The notes beneath the pieces were generated by a model. It saw only the letters and a list, made by a program, of their open reading frames with translations. It ran no database searches and was not told where the DNA came from. DNA of 63,270 nucleotides, counting the filler. It is 8 parts of 8 records of this genome, joined end to end, with 100 filler letters (N's around TTAATTAATTAA, not from the genome) between each part and the next. Parts side by side here need not be neighbours in the genome. Positions count along the whole stretch, not along the records: positions 34,952 to 50,275 come from SRR31156797_40532; 7 more parts are not named here. One strand, 5' to 3'. Of this stretch, positions 37,982-48,936 are shown piece by piece. Position numbers and translations under genes: made by a program. Each line of letters starts with the position of its first letter. Position 1 is the stretch's first letter.

Positions 37982-38143
37982 CGTTATTCTCCTATTAGTC
38001 CTCTATTATTCTCCTTTAATATTCTATTGATTATATTTTGGATATTATCTTTTTATTTTTTGCACTGGATATATGTAAATACTAATAACTACTAATATGT
38101 CTTTCAAATCTAAGACAACTAAACTTTTACCTCGGGTTATTTC

Positions 38144-41100
38144 ATGTCCTATAAAAAACTTCTATCTTTCGCATTTCTACTGCTGGTATTATTACTTACA
38201 TGTCCTTCGGTTCAAAGCCTGGAACTGGATGCCAGCACGCCAGAATCAACTGCATTTGTCCTTGCAAAAAACGGCACGTATGATGAAGCACTTTCTTATT
38301 TTGATAAACTCCTCGAACAGGATCCAGATTCTGTTCAGTTACTTGACAATAAAGGTTCAACGCTGATTCTAATGGGCAACTATGATGAGGCATCAGATAT
38401 CTTCGATAATATCCTTTTAGCTTATCCTTATTCACCTGCTGCTAACTTCAAGAAGGGGCTTGCACTTGCCGGACAGGGTGATCATGAAGGAGCCCTTAGA
38501 TATTACAACCAGTCACTTACTTTTCTAGCAAATGAAAGTATTAGTGATTATGAAGAGATTTTTGACATTGGTAGCTTTTCCGTTTTGCCCCTGTCGCAGG
38601 AAAATATTGCAATTGAAGTGGCTTATGATCCAAGAATCATGGGCGTCTGGTACCAAAGTTCCCAATCCCTTGAAGCACTTGGAATGCACAATGATTCTCT
38701 TGGTCAATACGAAATGATGATTGATCTTGTTAAGTCCAGTTCTGCCAGCATTTCAAGGCGTGCATCCGCTTTTTATGAATCTGGAAAGTATAATGATTCT
38801 TTGAGTGCTTATGATGCTGCATTGAAGTTGGAGCCTGATAATCCCGACTACTGGTATGGAAAAGGCTTAAATTACGACAGTCTGGGAGACTATGAGAATG
38901 CTACGCATTCCTATGACAAAGCCATAGAGTTTGATCCAGAATACGTTAAAGCATACTATAGTAAGGCTGCTGATCTTGAGGCAACCGGTCAGCTGGAACT
39001 TGCAGTGCAGCAGTACAATGCACTTGTAAAGGTAAATCCGTACGCTGTAGACGCCTGGTCTAATATGGGAAAGGCGTATGAAGAACTTGGAAACAATGAT
39101 GCTGCCCTTACTGCATATAATCAGGTTCTTTATTATGATCCACAAAATGCGGATGTATGGACTCGTAAAGGTAATGTCCTGGACACAATGGGAATGTACT
39201 CTGAAGCTATAGAAGCTTACGATAAGGCTTTGTTGCTTAAAAACAAAGACACAGAGTCCTCTTTAAAAGGAGCAACCCTTTTTGGTGTAAATTTTGAAAT
39301 TACCGATTGTTATACTGAAATTCCAGAGTTCCAGTCCGATTCTGCACTTCTGTGGTTTAACAAAGGTGTTTCCCTTTACAAGTTGGGAGATTACCAGGGC
39401 GCTATTGAGGCTTTTGACAGTGCGATAGGCGAAGAGCCGGATTTCTCTTTAACATGGTATAAGAAGGCCAAAGCATATGAAAATCTTGAGATGTATGATG
39501 AAGCTGCAGAAGCATATGAAGGTGCAGTGAAAGCAGACAGTTCATGTGTAAGGGTGTATTATGATCTCGGCATTGCCTACGATAATCTGGGTGAATACAA
39601 TGCCGCACAAAAAGCCTATTCAAAGGCAGTCAAACTTGAACCTAATTTCACTGCTGCTATTTACAACAGGGCACTGGACCTTGATAAGCTTGAAAAGTAT
39701 GATGAATCTGCAAAAGCCTACGACAGGGTCCTTGAATTACAACCCGGGTCTATCGAAGCACTCCTGGGCAAAGCCAATGCCCAGCATGAACTTGGTATGT
39801 ATGCAGAAGCCATCGAGACCTACGAGATGATTCTCCAGTTCAGCCCATCACATTCTATTGCCAGGTTCCAGCTAAATGCTAATCAGGAACTCTTTGAAAG
39901 CAGCAATAGTTCTCTTACAAACTATCCTGAGTTATCTATGTCTTTTGGAGTTTTGAATTATGATATTTTTGATTCCTCTAAGCTGATTATGTCAGGTTCA
40001 GATGACTTATTCAATAGTAATGCCAATATGCTCAGGGAGGAGGAAATATTGGGCAAAGTCATCACTTATGATCTTGTATGGACTTCCCATGGTTCTGCCT
40101 ATGCAGGCCTTTCAATGAACGACCTTGCCATAGAATCATATAATATGGCTATACTGATCAATCCGGACTCAAGTAGGGCATGGAGTGGTATGGCAGCATC
40201 TTATGATGTTCTGGGCGGACATTCAGAGGCTACATATTGTTATGATAAAGCAGTGTCATTGGATCCGGAAAATCAGGACATATGGTACAACAAAGGTCTG
40301 TCACACTTCAATAATGGAGAATACCAGCTGGCAGTTGATTCCTTTGCTGTCATTCTGAAAAAGGGGAATTTAAGTTCTGAAAGTTTGTACTACCAGGCTT
40401 TAAGTTATGATAGCCTTGGTATGTATTCTGATGCACTCCGGGTTTATGAACTAATTCTGGAACAGCAACCAGAGGATAAGGATATATGGTTCAGGGTTGG
40501 CAAAGCTGCATATAACGTTGGCGATTATGAAAAGTCGATGGATGCTTTTGATAATGTTCTCAAGTACGATCCTGTAAATATCTCAGCTTTAAAAATGCAG
40601 AGCAGTGCCGCAGAATTGTTGGGAATGCATGAAGAGGCCATATCTATCTATGAAAAGGTATTATCTCTGGATCCAAATGACACGGCTTCTCTTCTTGAGA
40701 AAGCTTACATTTATGAAAGAATAGGTGACTTTGACTCAGCTTTGATTACCTATGACCAGATACTTGCACTAGATCCTACAAATGTTGCTGTAATGAACAG
40801 AAAAGGTTTCTCGTATTACCTTAAAGGTGACATGGCGAGTGCATCATCCATGTTTGAAAAAGCGGCAAATACAGATCCTACAAATGCTGCTGCATGGTAT
40901 CACCTTGGAACACTATCGTATATCAGGAGCAGCTATAAAGGCTCTGTTTATTACTATGAAAAGGCACTGGAGCTTGATCCTTTCTGCATCACTGCATGGT
41001 ACAACAAAGGTTTTGTTCAAAACATCATGGGTGATGTAGATGATGCTATTTTATCATATGATAATGGCCTTGCATTTGAGCCGGATTCACTTTCACTTCT

Positions 41101-41368
41101 TTATAACAAGCAATTTGCACACTATCGCGTGGGAGAAACTTCAAAAGGTCAGGCGGCAAAAGAAAAGCTTGATGGCCTCGATCCGGATTTCACTGCTGCA
41201 CTTAAGGACAGGGGTACTCGTTTCTTTGTACCTGAAGAATATAGCGAATCCCTTGACTATACCTTGCCAGACAGGTGGTATGCTGATACAGCAGAAAAGA
41301 CGGCTTTCTCTTTAGAAGGCAATGAATCTGAATTGCCAGATAAAGTTCTAAAACCGGCGTATGAGTAG
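38144..41368 (+). CDS. Large exported TPR protein
   Basis: Signal peptide and many canonical TPRs (WYNKG...YDKAL.LDP). Confidence 0.9.
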   Translation: MSYKKLLSFAFLLLVLLLTCPSVQSLELDASTPESTAFVLAKNGTYDEALSYFDKLLEQDPDSVQLLDNKGSTLILMGNYDEASDIFDNILLAYPYSPAANFKKGLALAGQGDHEGALRYYNQSLTFLANESISDYEEIFDIGSFSVLPLSQENIAIEVAYDPRIMGVWYQSSQSLEALGMHNDSLGQYEMMIDLVKSSSASISRRASAFYESGKYNDSLSAYDAALKLEPDNPDYWYGKGLNYDSLGDYENATHSYDKAIEFDPEYVKAYYSKAADLEATGQLELAVQQYNALVKVNPYAVDAWSNMGKAYEELGNNDAALTAYNQVLYYDPQNADVWTRKGNVLDTMGMYSEAIEAYDKALLLKNKDTESSLKGATLFGVNFEITDCYTEIPEFQSDSALLWFNKGVSLYKLGDYQGAIEAFDSAIGEEPDFSLTWYKKAKAYENLEMYDEAAEAYEGAVKADSSCVRVYYDLGIAYDNLGEYNAAQKAYSKAVKLEPNFTAAIYNRALDLDKLEKYDESAKAYDRVLELQPGSIEALLGKANAQHELGMYAEAIETYEMILQFSPSHSIARFQLNANQELFESSNSSLTNYPELSMSFGVLNYDIFDSSKLIMSGSDDLFNSNANMLREEEILGKVITYDLVWTSHGSAYAGLSMNDLAIESYNMAILINPDSSRAWSGMAASYDVLGGHSEATYCYDKAVSLDPENQDIWYNKGLSHFNNGEYQLAVDSFAVILKKGNLSSESLYYQALSYDSLGMYSDALRVYELILEQQPEDKDIWFRVGKAAYNVGDYEKSMDAFDNVLKYDPVNISALKMQSSAAELLGMHEEAISIYEKVLSLDPNDTASLLEKAYIYERIGDFDSALITYDQILALDPTNVAVMNRKGFSYYLKGDMASASSMFEKAANTDPTNAAAWYHLGTLSYIRSSYKGSVYYYEKALELDPFCITAWYNKGFVQNIMGDVDDAILSYDNGLAFEPDSLSLLYNKQFAHYRVGETSKGQAAKEKLDGLDPDFTAALKDRGTRFFVPEEYSESLDYTLPDRWYADTAEKTAFSLEGNESELPDKVLKPAYE

Positions 41369-41446
41369 ATGGGATCTTTCACCTACTCTGCCGCAAACCT
41401 GTAGTAGTTACACAAGATTTATCGTGCATGAGTGCAATTAGCACTC

Positions 41447-42115
41447 ATGCTCAGTTCCCTTATTTTTGATATGGATGGTGTGCTTGTGGATTCTATGTCC
41501 TATCATGCACAGGCATGGATTCAGGTTTCCAGCGAGGTGGGTGTTAATGTGACTCCTGCTGACATCTACGAGGTAGAAGGTGCCAACCACCGCGTTGGTC
41601 TTCAGTGGCTCTTTGAAAAAGCAGGAAGGGAGCTTGACCCGGAGATGTTTGACAGTATACTGGAAAGGAAAATAGAGATATTTTCCAGTATTGCTGATGT
41701 TAAACCATTTGATGGAATGGTGGATTGTCTCTCGATCCTGAAAAAGGATTTCATGCTGGCTGTTGTTTCAGGTTCAGAGAGGGTAACGGTAGAATCTTTC
41801 ATGGACCAGTTTTTCCCCGGTATCTTTGATGTGGTAGTATCAGGTGAGGATGTGCATTACGGGAAACCATATCCAGAGCCTTATCTCAGGGCTGTTGAGA
41901 TGCTGGATATCGGAAAGGATGACTGCATTGTAGTCGAGAATGCTCCAATGGGTGTTGAGTCTGCGAAAAGAGCCGGGCTTTACTGTGTGGGCGTACCGAC
42001 ATACGTTTCCCCGGATAAATTGTCAGAGGCTGATATCATACTGGGTGATCACGCATCGTTGCAGGATTATCTTTACAATATCCTCGATAACAGACATCTT
42101 TGTGCTAATTCGTAA
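41447..42115 (+). CDS. HAD-family phosphatase (beta-PGM-like)
   Basis: FDMDGVLVDS, KPYPEPY, VVENAPMG. Confidence 0.9.
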   Translation: MLSSLIFDMDGVLVDSMSYHAQAWIQVSSEVGVNVTPADIYEVEGANHRVGLQWLFEKAGRELDPEMFDSILERKIEIFSSIADVKPFDGMVDCLSILKKDFMLAVVSGSERVTVESFMDQFFPGIFDVVVSGEDVHYGKPYPEPYLRAVEMLDIGKDDCIVVENAPMGVESAKRAGLYCVGVPTYVSPDKLSEADIILGDHASLQDYLYNILDNRHLCANS

Positions 42116-42129
42116 AGTTTTAAAATCTC

Positions 42130-42870
42130 TTGCACCAATATACTTTCATGGAAGGAAATACAGAGCCTGATATGAAAGATGCTTTTACAGAGAACCTGCG
42201 TAATCTGAAAGGGAGTTTCCGTGAAACTCCGAGTATGGAATATCTTCTCCAAATAGTTTCCACATATCATGGACTTGAACAGACAGAACGAGGCATTGGA
42301 TTTGCAGAAGCTTTCCTTATGCAGATAGAGGATGAAAAGGAAAGACTCTTGCAGACCTCAATGGTGTTTGAGATGGTAGAAATGAACGAAGAGGCTCTCT
42401 CATACCTTTCCGGAGCCGGTGATAAATTCCCCGAGGACGCACAGGTAAAGAATCATCATGGAATGCTTTTGAACAAGATCCGGGAGTTTGAGAATGCGCT
42501 CTCTATCTATGATGGCCTGCTTGAAAGTATGCCCGATTCGCTAGAGTCGCTTTCCGGTAAACTGATAGCTTTGACAGGATTGGGGAGGCATGGTGATATA
42601 CTGAAACTGTACAAGACTTCTATTGCTATAACTCCATCTTCGATCCAGGATTGGCACTTCAAGGGTGTTATCGATGGGATTCTTAAGGACTATTTCGAGC
42701 ATGAGAAAGGTGGCTCTGTTACGGAAGGGCAGGTTGAGAAGCTTTCAAAGAGTTTTGATTCCATCGATCACATAATAGATGGGCTTGGTCCCGAAGTTCA
42801 TCAATTCTACATGATGGGCAATTTCGCGGGCAAGGAAATATATCAAGAGATTATAGAAAAAAATGAATAA
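42130..42870 (+). CDS. TPR-like hypothetical protein
   Basis: Helical repeat segments; start uncertain. Confidence 0.65.
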   Translation: MHQYTFMEGNTEPDMKDAFTENLRNLKGSFRETPSMEYLLQIVSTYHGLEQTERGIGFAEAFLMQIEDEKERLLQTSMVFEMVEMNEEALSYLSGAGDKFPEDAQVKNHHGMLLNKIREFENALSIYDGLLESMPDSLESLSGKLIALTGLGRHGDILKLYKTSIAITPSSIQDWHFKGVIDGILKDYFEHEKGGSVTEGQVEKLSKSFDSIDHIIDGLGPEVHQFYMMGNFAGKEIYQEIIEKNE

Positions 42871-43015
42871 AAATCTCTTAATAACTATTTTTTTCACATC
42901 AAGTTATTAAAGATTTAGCCATTTTGTGCCATAATATTGTATCTTTTATCCATATATGGATAACAGCTGGTTTAAAGGGGTAACTTTTATAATCGGTCTT
43001 TGCAACATTTGTAAC

Positions 43016-44266
43016 ATGAAAAAGTACAGTGTGAAATGCCTACTGTGTGGCAAAGTACAGGACTCTTATTCATTAGCTTGTAGTCAGGGTGACGATTCAC
43101 TTCTTCGTTCTTATTATTCAGCAGAACAACTGGAACCAACCGATATGCCAGGTATCTGGAGATATTATAACTGGCTGCCTGTGGAAGGGATCATAGGGGA
43201 AGGTTCCGGAAGAACTATTTCTTATAAAAGTGAAAAACTTGCTTCTGCTTTTGGTGTTGATGACTTATGGATTGCTTTTAACGGATATTGGCCTGAGAGG
43301 GATGCACATCTTATGACCTGCACTTTCAAAGACCTTGAGTCATTCCCTACCATGCAGAGAGTCATGGAACAGGACGAAAAGAGAATAATGGTGGTTGCAT
43401 CTGCAGGAAACACTGCCCGGGCATTTGCCCATGCATGCAGTATAACAGGTCAGCCTCTCCTTCTTGTGGTTCCAGAGGAAAGTGTCCACAGGCTGTGGAC
43501 TATACATGATGATAATCATTCTATATGTCTTGTGACGGTAAAAGGAGATTATTTCGATGCTATATCCCTTGCAGGCAAAATTGCAGCAAGGGATGGATTC
43601 ATTAACGAGGGTGGTGCAAAAAATGTTGCCAGACGCGACGGTATGGGTACTGTCATGCTCGATGCGGTGTTGACTGCAGGAGCACTCCCTGATCACTATT
43701 TCCAGGCTGTTGGAAGTGGCACCGGTGGTATTTCTGCCTGGGAAGCATCCATGAGACTTCTGGAGGATGGCCGTTTCGGAAATACTCTTCCAAAGCTGCA
43801 CCTTGGCCAGAGTCTTCCATGTGCTCCACTGTATTCCCTCTGGAAAGGTGCAGATGCAGTGGACGGCGCATGTCCTGACGGCATCTACGATGATGTTCTC
43901 TTCAATAGGAAACCTCCATTTGCTGTAAAGGGCGGTGTAAAGGATGCCATTGAAGCAACAGATGGAGACATCTATGCTGTAAGTGGAAAGGAAGCAGCAG
44001 ATGCCCAGGAACTCTTTGAAAGTTTAGAGGGCATTGACATAAATCCAGCTTCTGCAGTTGCAGTCGCAACCCTCATACAGGCTCTGGAAGCTGGCAAAGT
44101 GAATCCAGGTGAAAAAATCGTCCTGAACATAACAGGTGGCGGACAAAAGCGCCTGGCTGAAGATTATGAATTTAAACAGTTGCCTGTCTCTCTTGCAGTT
44201 TCAGCAGATGATGAAGATGCAGAGTCCAGAGTAGTGGAAATGGTAATGGAAGTACTCGGTGAATAA
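43016..44266 (+). CDS. Cysteate synthase (threonine-synthase-like, PLP)
   Basis: NGYWPER, TCTFKDLE PLP lysine, SAGNT, NVARRDGMG, YFQAVGSGTG; adjacent to comDE. Confidence 0.9.
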   Translation: MKKYSVKCLLCGKVQDSYSLACSQGDDSLLRSYYSAEQLEPTDMPGIWRYYNWLPVEGIIGEGSGRTISYKSEKLASAFGVDDLWIAFNGYWPERDAHLMTCTFKDLESFPTMQRVMEQDEKRIMVVASAGNTARAFAHACSITGQPLLLVVPEESVHRLWTIHDDNHSICLVTVKGDYFDAISLAGKIAARDGFINEGGAKNVARRDGMGTVMLDAVLTAGALPDHYFQAVGSGTGGISAWEASMRLLEDGRFGNTLPKLHLGQSLPCAPLYSLWKGADAVDGACPDGIYDDVLFNRKPPFAVKGGVKDAIEATDGDIYAVSGKEAADAQELFESLEGIDINPASAVAVATLIQALEAGKVNPGEKIVLNITGGGQKRLAEDYEFKQLPVSLAVSADDEDAESRVVEMVMEVLGE

Positions 44267-44268
44267 CG

Positions 44269-44793
44269 ATGACTCCTTTGATGTCAGGTGATCTGACTCC
44301 ATCAGAATCAATATTTAAAGGTATAAAAGATGCCGGAATCGACTTTATTGTCAGTGTACCCTGCGCCAACCTAAAGGAACTTATTCCAATGGTGGATGAA
44401 GCAGCCGATATCATTCACCTGCCCGTGACTCGCGAGGAAGAAGGTGTGGGAATATGTGCCGGTGCCTACATGGGAGGCAAGAAGCCTGCAATGCTTATGC
44501 AAAACTCCGGCCTTGGAAATTCGATCAATGCCCTTGCATCGCTTAATATGCTCTACAAGATCCCTCTTTTGATGATAGTTAGTCATCGGGGTGTAGAAGG
44601 TGAACCTATAGTAGCACAGGTGCCAATGGGTGAGCTGACAACAAAGCTGCTTGATACGATGGATATTCCATATTTCATGCCTGAAAAAGGAACTGTCCCG
44701 TCAGAACTTATCACTAAAGCATGGGATGAGGCTTCAATGAAGAAAAAACCGGTAGCTGTACTTTTACCTATTCCATTCTGGAGGAAGCAATAA
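44269..44793 (+). CDS. comD: Sulfopyruvate decarboxylase alpha subunit
   Basis: SVPC, TREEEGVGICAG, MQNSGLGN, E..AQ.PMG. Confidence 0.92.
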   Translation: MTPLMSGDLTPSESIFKGIKDAGIDFIVSVPCANLKELIPMVDEAADIIHLPVTREEEGVGICAGAYMGGKKPAMLMQNSGLGNSINALASLNMLYKIPLLMIVSHRGVEGEPIVAQVPMGELTTKLLDTMDIPYFMPEKGTVPSELITKAWDEASMKKKPVAVLLPIPFWRKQ

Positions 44794-45356
44794 TGAAACG
44801 TATTGACGCCATCGATGAGGTCGCTTCTAATACAAAAGAAACAGATGCATTGCTTGTAGTTAACATCGGTATCCCCTGCAAGGAAATGCATCATGTATGT
44901 GATATGTCAAACAACTTCTACATGCTTGGTTCAATGGGCCTTGCCTCTTCCATTGGTATTGGTCTTGCACTTTCAAGGCCTGATAAGAAGGTTGTCACAA
45001 TAGATGGTGATGGTTCCGTTCTGATGAATATGGGAACTCTTGCAACCATTGCTTCAAGACAGCCTGAGAACTACCTGCTGGTTATTATCGATAATAGTGC
45101 ATATGGTTCAACAGGCAACCAGCCCACACTAACTTCCGGGCACACAGACCTTGCTGCAGTCGCAAGGGGTGCGGGGAATATGAATGTCTATGAGGTGGAT
45201 ACTCCTGAGGGTCTGCGGGATACCCTGAATTCTGTGGATAATGGTATTATTGTAGTAAAAGCAGAGCCAGGGAATACCAATGCTCCGGTTATCGGTATGT
45301 CCCCTGAAGTTATCATAAAGAGGTTTATGGATAAATCCTCTCAACCATCTCGTTGA
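44793..45356 (+). CDS. comE: Sulfopyruvate decarboxylase beta subunit
   Basis: NFYMLGSMGLASS, TPP motif DGDGS...N, YGSTGNQ. Confidence 0.92.
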   Translation: MKRIDAIDEVASNTKETDALLVVNIGIPCKEMHHVCDMSNNFYMLGSMGLASSIGIGLALSRPDKKVVTIDGDGSVLMNMGTLATIASRQPENYLLVIIDNSAYGSTGNQPTLTSGHTDLAAVARGAGNMNVYEVDTPEGLRDTLNSVDNGIIVVKAEPGNTNAPVIGMSPEVIIKRFMDKSSQPSR

Positions 45357-46629
45357 GCTTGAACTCTCCATCCTCTATTTTCTTTTTCAGTTTCCCGGCA
45401 AGTTCTTCCGATCTCTTACGGTCCGTCTGCCTGAGAACTATAGGAATGTCATATTTCTTCTCATCCATTTCGAAATGGAGTTTGCCAAGTTCTGCAGTGA
45501 ACACATTGCCTGGACAGGTCGTAGAACAAAGCCCACAATTGAAACACAGTTGCCTGTCAAGCACTAATTTGTCATTTTTGTAATATATCGCATTCATGGG
45601 ACAATCTCTGGCAGGTTCACAGGTATCACAATTGATGCATGAATCTGGGTGGAATCCGACTGCACGATCTGTATCCTTCCATGCATCTGCGTAGGTACTA
45701 CTGCTGATCATCGTTCTTTTATCAATGTCATTGACGACCATTGGGATATCTTTATCCGTCTTCAGGATGGCATCAAGTATTGACTGGCTGGTTACAGGTA
45801 TCGCAATTGCCCAGGATGCTATGCATTCCGGACCCGCAGATGTCTTGAACCCTCCCATCAGTGCCGGGTCCATGTCATGCATGTCGGCAACTCCTGCAAG
45901 GTTTGGTTTTTCAGGACTGCTGCGTGTTCCGTCTCCGATGACAAAACCTTCTGCACCATTCATGAGCATGCGTGTGCCTAATCCTATTGTTTCCATATTG
46001 GGATCGTTCTGGATAGGATTGATCTCTCCTGAGCCGGAAAGTGTTGCCTCTTTCATATCGGGGTCGAAGCTGGCCGCATGGAATATAGTATTTACCGGTT
46101 CTGCGGAACAATTGACAAAGGCTGCATAGTTTTTGAATGTGTGGCGGGTTGAATAGAGCTTCGCATAGGGCATCTCTTCAAGCCTTGCATCACATTTGAA
46201 GGATATGTTCTCATCTGTTTCCACAGAGACCTCAATGTTCTTTCCTTCTACTAGTTCCCTGAAAAGGTGACCTGCCCCGTAATTGTGTTCATATGTAGAA
46301 TGCGCCGTTCCGAAAACTATCAGATCAAGAATTCCCAGTCTTTCGTTAGGACATGGTCCAACGTGTGCTGGGATGCCGTTTAGAAGCACCTTTGAAGCTC
46401 GTTTGAAATGAGCAGGTGAATTCACAGGAAAAGAAAGGATGGCGTATGTTCCGCTCATGATGGCTCTTGTTGCTGTGGTAACAACATCAACATCCTCCAT
46501 GGTGACATTATCTCCCTTCTCAACCAGTTCAGCAATCTCCTGAGCTGTCATGACGACAGCTTCCTTTTTCTCCAGTTTTTCTCTAATTTCAGCAACAGGA
46601 CGTTCCACTATGATACCTCGCTCAATCAT
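45325..46629 (-). CDS. Methanogenesis marker 16 metalloprotein (DUF39 plus 2x[4Fe-4S]; ComF-like)
   Basis: DVVTTAT, GPCPNERLG, CINCDTC...CP and CFNCGLC...CP; lies beside comDE. Confidence 0.85.
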   Translation of the reverse strand: MIERGIIVERPVAEIREKLEKKEAVVMTAQEIAELVEKGDNVTMEDVDVVTTATRAIMSGTYAILSFPVNSPAHFKRASKVLLNGIPAHVGPCPNERLGILDLIVFGTAHSTYEHNYGAGHLFRELVEGKNIEVSVETDENISFKCDARLEEMPYAKLYSTRHTFKNYAAFVNCSAEPVNTIFHAASFDPDMKEATLSGSGEINPIQNDPNMETIGLGTRMLMNGAEGFVIGDGTRSSPEKPNLAGVADMHDMDPALMGGFKTSAGPECIASWAIAIPVTSQSILDAILKTDKDIPMVVNDIDKRTMISSSTYADAWKDTDRAVGFHPDSCINCDTCEPARDCPMNAIYYKNDKLVLDRQLCFNCGLCSTTCPGNVFTAELGKLHFEMDEKKYDIPIVLRQTDRKRSEELAGKLKKKIEDGEFKLNEMVERIYP

Positions 46630-46699
46630 TGGTTTAGATTATACATAAGGATAAAGGTAGGGGCAAAAAAAGTAAGATTGGTGCAGCCTTAGCTTACGC

Positions 46700-47848
46700 T
46701 CAGTCAACACCGAGGATACTTGCCAGTTCCAGGCCTTCGCTTCCAAGTTCTGAAAGCTGGTCAAAGGCTTCTTCCTTGGTGATATATTTCTCTGTACGGG
46801 TTCCATCAGATGCTTCGATCTTGATGGTGATCTCATTCTTGACGTATCCCTTGTCGAGGGATTCCCTTACAATATCACCGTATTGTTCAGCAATTAGTTT
46901 CAAGCAGTCAAACACTTCATTGTTGCGCACTGCGTCCTTGCCGTCAAGAAGGATATGAGTCAATGTCTGTGATTTGATGAACAATTCCATGTATTTCTTA
47001 ATGTCAGCTACAAGACCTGCAATATCATCCACACTCAGGGACTTTAGTAGTTCTTCATCTGAAGTTATCTCAAAATCATTGTGGTAAATCTGATAAGTAT
47101 CGTTGTCTGAAACAACCTTGAATTTCTGGTCACCCTTTTTGTTTTCAAAACTCAGGTCCACGTGGGTGTCACCGTCATAGTTCATTGATGTGATCAGGTA
47201 ATCGGATACGACCAGTACCTTGAGCTTATTTTCCTTTGAAAAAAGGCTCTTGGTCCAAGTTGGAAGTGATATGTTTCCGTGAACCTGCCTGATGCTAAGC
47301 ATGTCATTGGCATATTCAAGGTCACACATGTATTCCATACCCTCAAAAGAAGCCCTTAGCTCACCTTTAAGGGCATTTTCTTTCATAGTAACGGAATATG
47401 CCTTATTGGAGCCATAGATTCCTGATTCAAAAAGAGGATTAAGGTTATTCAACAGATCCATTTCAATCTTGTATATACCACTTTCAGACTGGCGTTTGAT
47501 CTGTTCAAGCTTGATATTGAGATCCTTAAGTCCACGACTGGCTGTTTCGTTACAAGCGTCAATAACGGCGTTGCGACATTCCAGTATTTCCTTATTCTCA
47601 ATGCCTTTTGAGCGCTGGTCTACATACTGTTGTACGTCCTTGCTGAAACTGTCTATTTCTTCCAGCCTTGCTTCGAGGGAAGATATCTCTTCAGATTCCT
47701 CCTCACTGAGCTCAATTGCAGAATTTTCAAGTGGAAGGACCTTCTTTGCCATTTCTATGAAATTGCTTAGATCCTGAATGAAATCCCGTTGTAAAGGTAA
47801 TTCTGTAGAGTCCTGAAATGTATATTTCATCCTATTCCCCATCATCAT
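46700..47848 (-). CDS. Hypothetical coiled-coil protein
   Basis: 382-aa ORF, YTFQDSTELPLQRDFI N-terminus. Confidence 0.7.
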   Translation of the reverse strand: MMMGNRMKYTFQDSTELPLQRDFIQDLSNFIEMAKKVLPLENSAIELSEEESEEISSLEARLEEIDSFSKDVQQYVDQRSKGIENKEILECRNAVIDACNETASRGLKDLNIKLEQIKRQSESGIYKIEMDLLNNLNPLFESGIYGSNKAYSVTMKENALKGELRASFEGMEYMCDLEYANDMLSIRQVHGNISLPTWTKSLFSKENKLKVLVVSDYLITSMNYDGDTHVDLSFENKKGDQKFKVVSDNDTYQIYHNDFEITSDEELLKSLSVDDIAGLVADIKKYMELFIKSQTLTHILLDGKDAVRNNEVFDCLKLIAEQYGDIVRESLDKGYVKNEITIKIEASDGTRTEKYITKEEAFDQLSELGSEGLELASILGVD

Positions 47849-47911
47849 TTATTTTAGTAGTATATTCTCTCAGGCCCAATATATAAATTGCTGCATATGG
47901 GGAAGTAAAGT

Positions 47912-48862
47912 TCAGATCACAGATCTGACAACTTCGAGTATCATATTCATGTATTTTGTAGCACCATTCTTCAGGTCCATAGGATGAAGTTCCTCTGATT
48001 CAAATACCTCTTCAAGCTCTTCATAGCTCTTGCACACAAGGTTGCCGCCGAATTTTTCAGGCCTTTCAAAAACGATTTCCTCGTATCTGGGGCAGATATG
48101 GTACTTGAATAGTTCCATCACAGGATTATCATTTATCTCTCCTACAGGGCAGAATGCCTTCTTCATTTTCTTCTTGATATCAGCCTCGGTGTCATCAACG
48201 GAGATGAAGTTGTTGTTGGATGATGACATCTTCTCCCCATCAAGTCCCAGAAGGATTGGTGTATGTATACATAGGGGTGCCTTAAAACCAAGTCCTGGAA
48301 GTCCTTCTCTTCCTAGCATGTGGATCTTCCTCTGGTCTATTCCTCCTACAGTTACGTCAACACCAAGCATTGCGATATCCACGGCCTGCATGATGGGGTA
48401 AACCATTTGTGAAACAGATGGATCCTCCATCTTCCTTCCTACCTCGTCCATACTTCTTGTTGCCCTGTTAAGGGTTGTACTACGTGTGAGTTTGAGAACA
48501 TTGAGGATGTATTCCTGTCCGAGCTGGTAATCTGAGCCGTAAACAAACCTGGTATTTTCTTCGTCAAGACCAAGTGCGATGAAACATCTCTTGTTATAAT
48601 CCGCAACCTCACGGACTTCTTCAAGAGTTCCTTTCTTGTTAAGGTAGGCATGCACATCTGCAAGAAGTATAGTAATTTTAAAACCTGCTTTCTGGAGGTC
48701 AAGGAGTTTGTTCACGGTAAGGACATGTCCCATATGGATCTTACCGCTTGGCTCATATCCTGTATAGGCTGTGGGGTGTTCTTTTGTTGCGAGAAGTTCT
48801 TTCAGTTCGTCTTCTGTTACTATTTCCTGCACATTCCTTTTTATAAGCTCAAGTTTGTCCAT
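47912..48862 (-). CDS. tyrS: Tyrosine--tRNA ligase (archaeal type)
   Basis: YTGYEPSG, HMGH, YPIMQAVD, GGIDQRK, KMSSS, LHPMDLK. Confidence 0.96.
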   Translation of the reverse strand: MDKLELIKRNVQEIVTEDELKELLATKEHPTAYTGYEPSGKIHMGHVLTVNKLLDLQKAGFKITILLADVHAYLNKKGTLEEVREVADYNKRCFIALGLDEENTRFVYGSDYQLGQEYILNVLKLTRSTTLNRATRSMDEVGRKMEDPSVSQMVYPIMQAVDIAMLGVDVTVGGIDQRKIHMLGREGLPGLGFKAPLCIHTPILLGLDGEKMSSSNNNFISVDDTEADIKKKMKKAFCPVGEINDNPVMELFKYHICPRYEEIVFERPEKFGGNLVCKSYEELEEVFESEELHPMDLKNGATKYMNMILEVVRSVI

Positions 48863-48936
48863 AGGTTCACCTTACAAATCGTGGTTTGTATAAACACATC
48901 CCTCTTTAAATGCTTTTTCTTGTCTTATTCGCGCAT

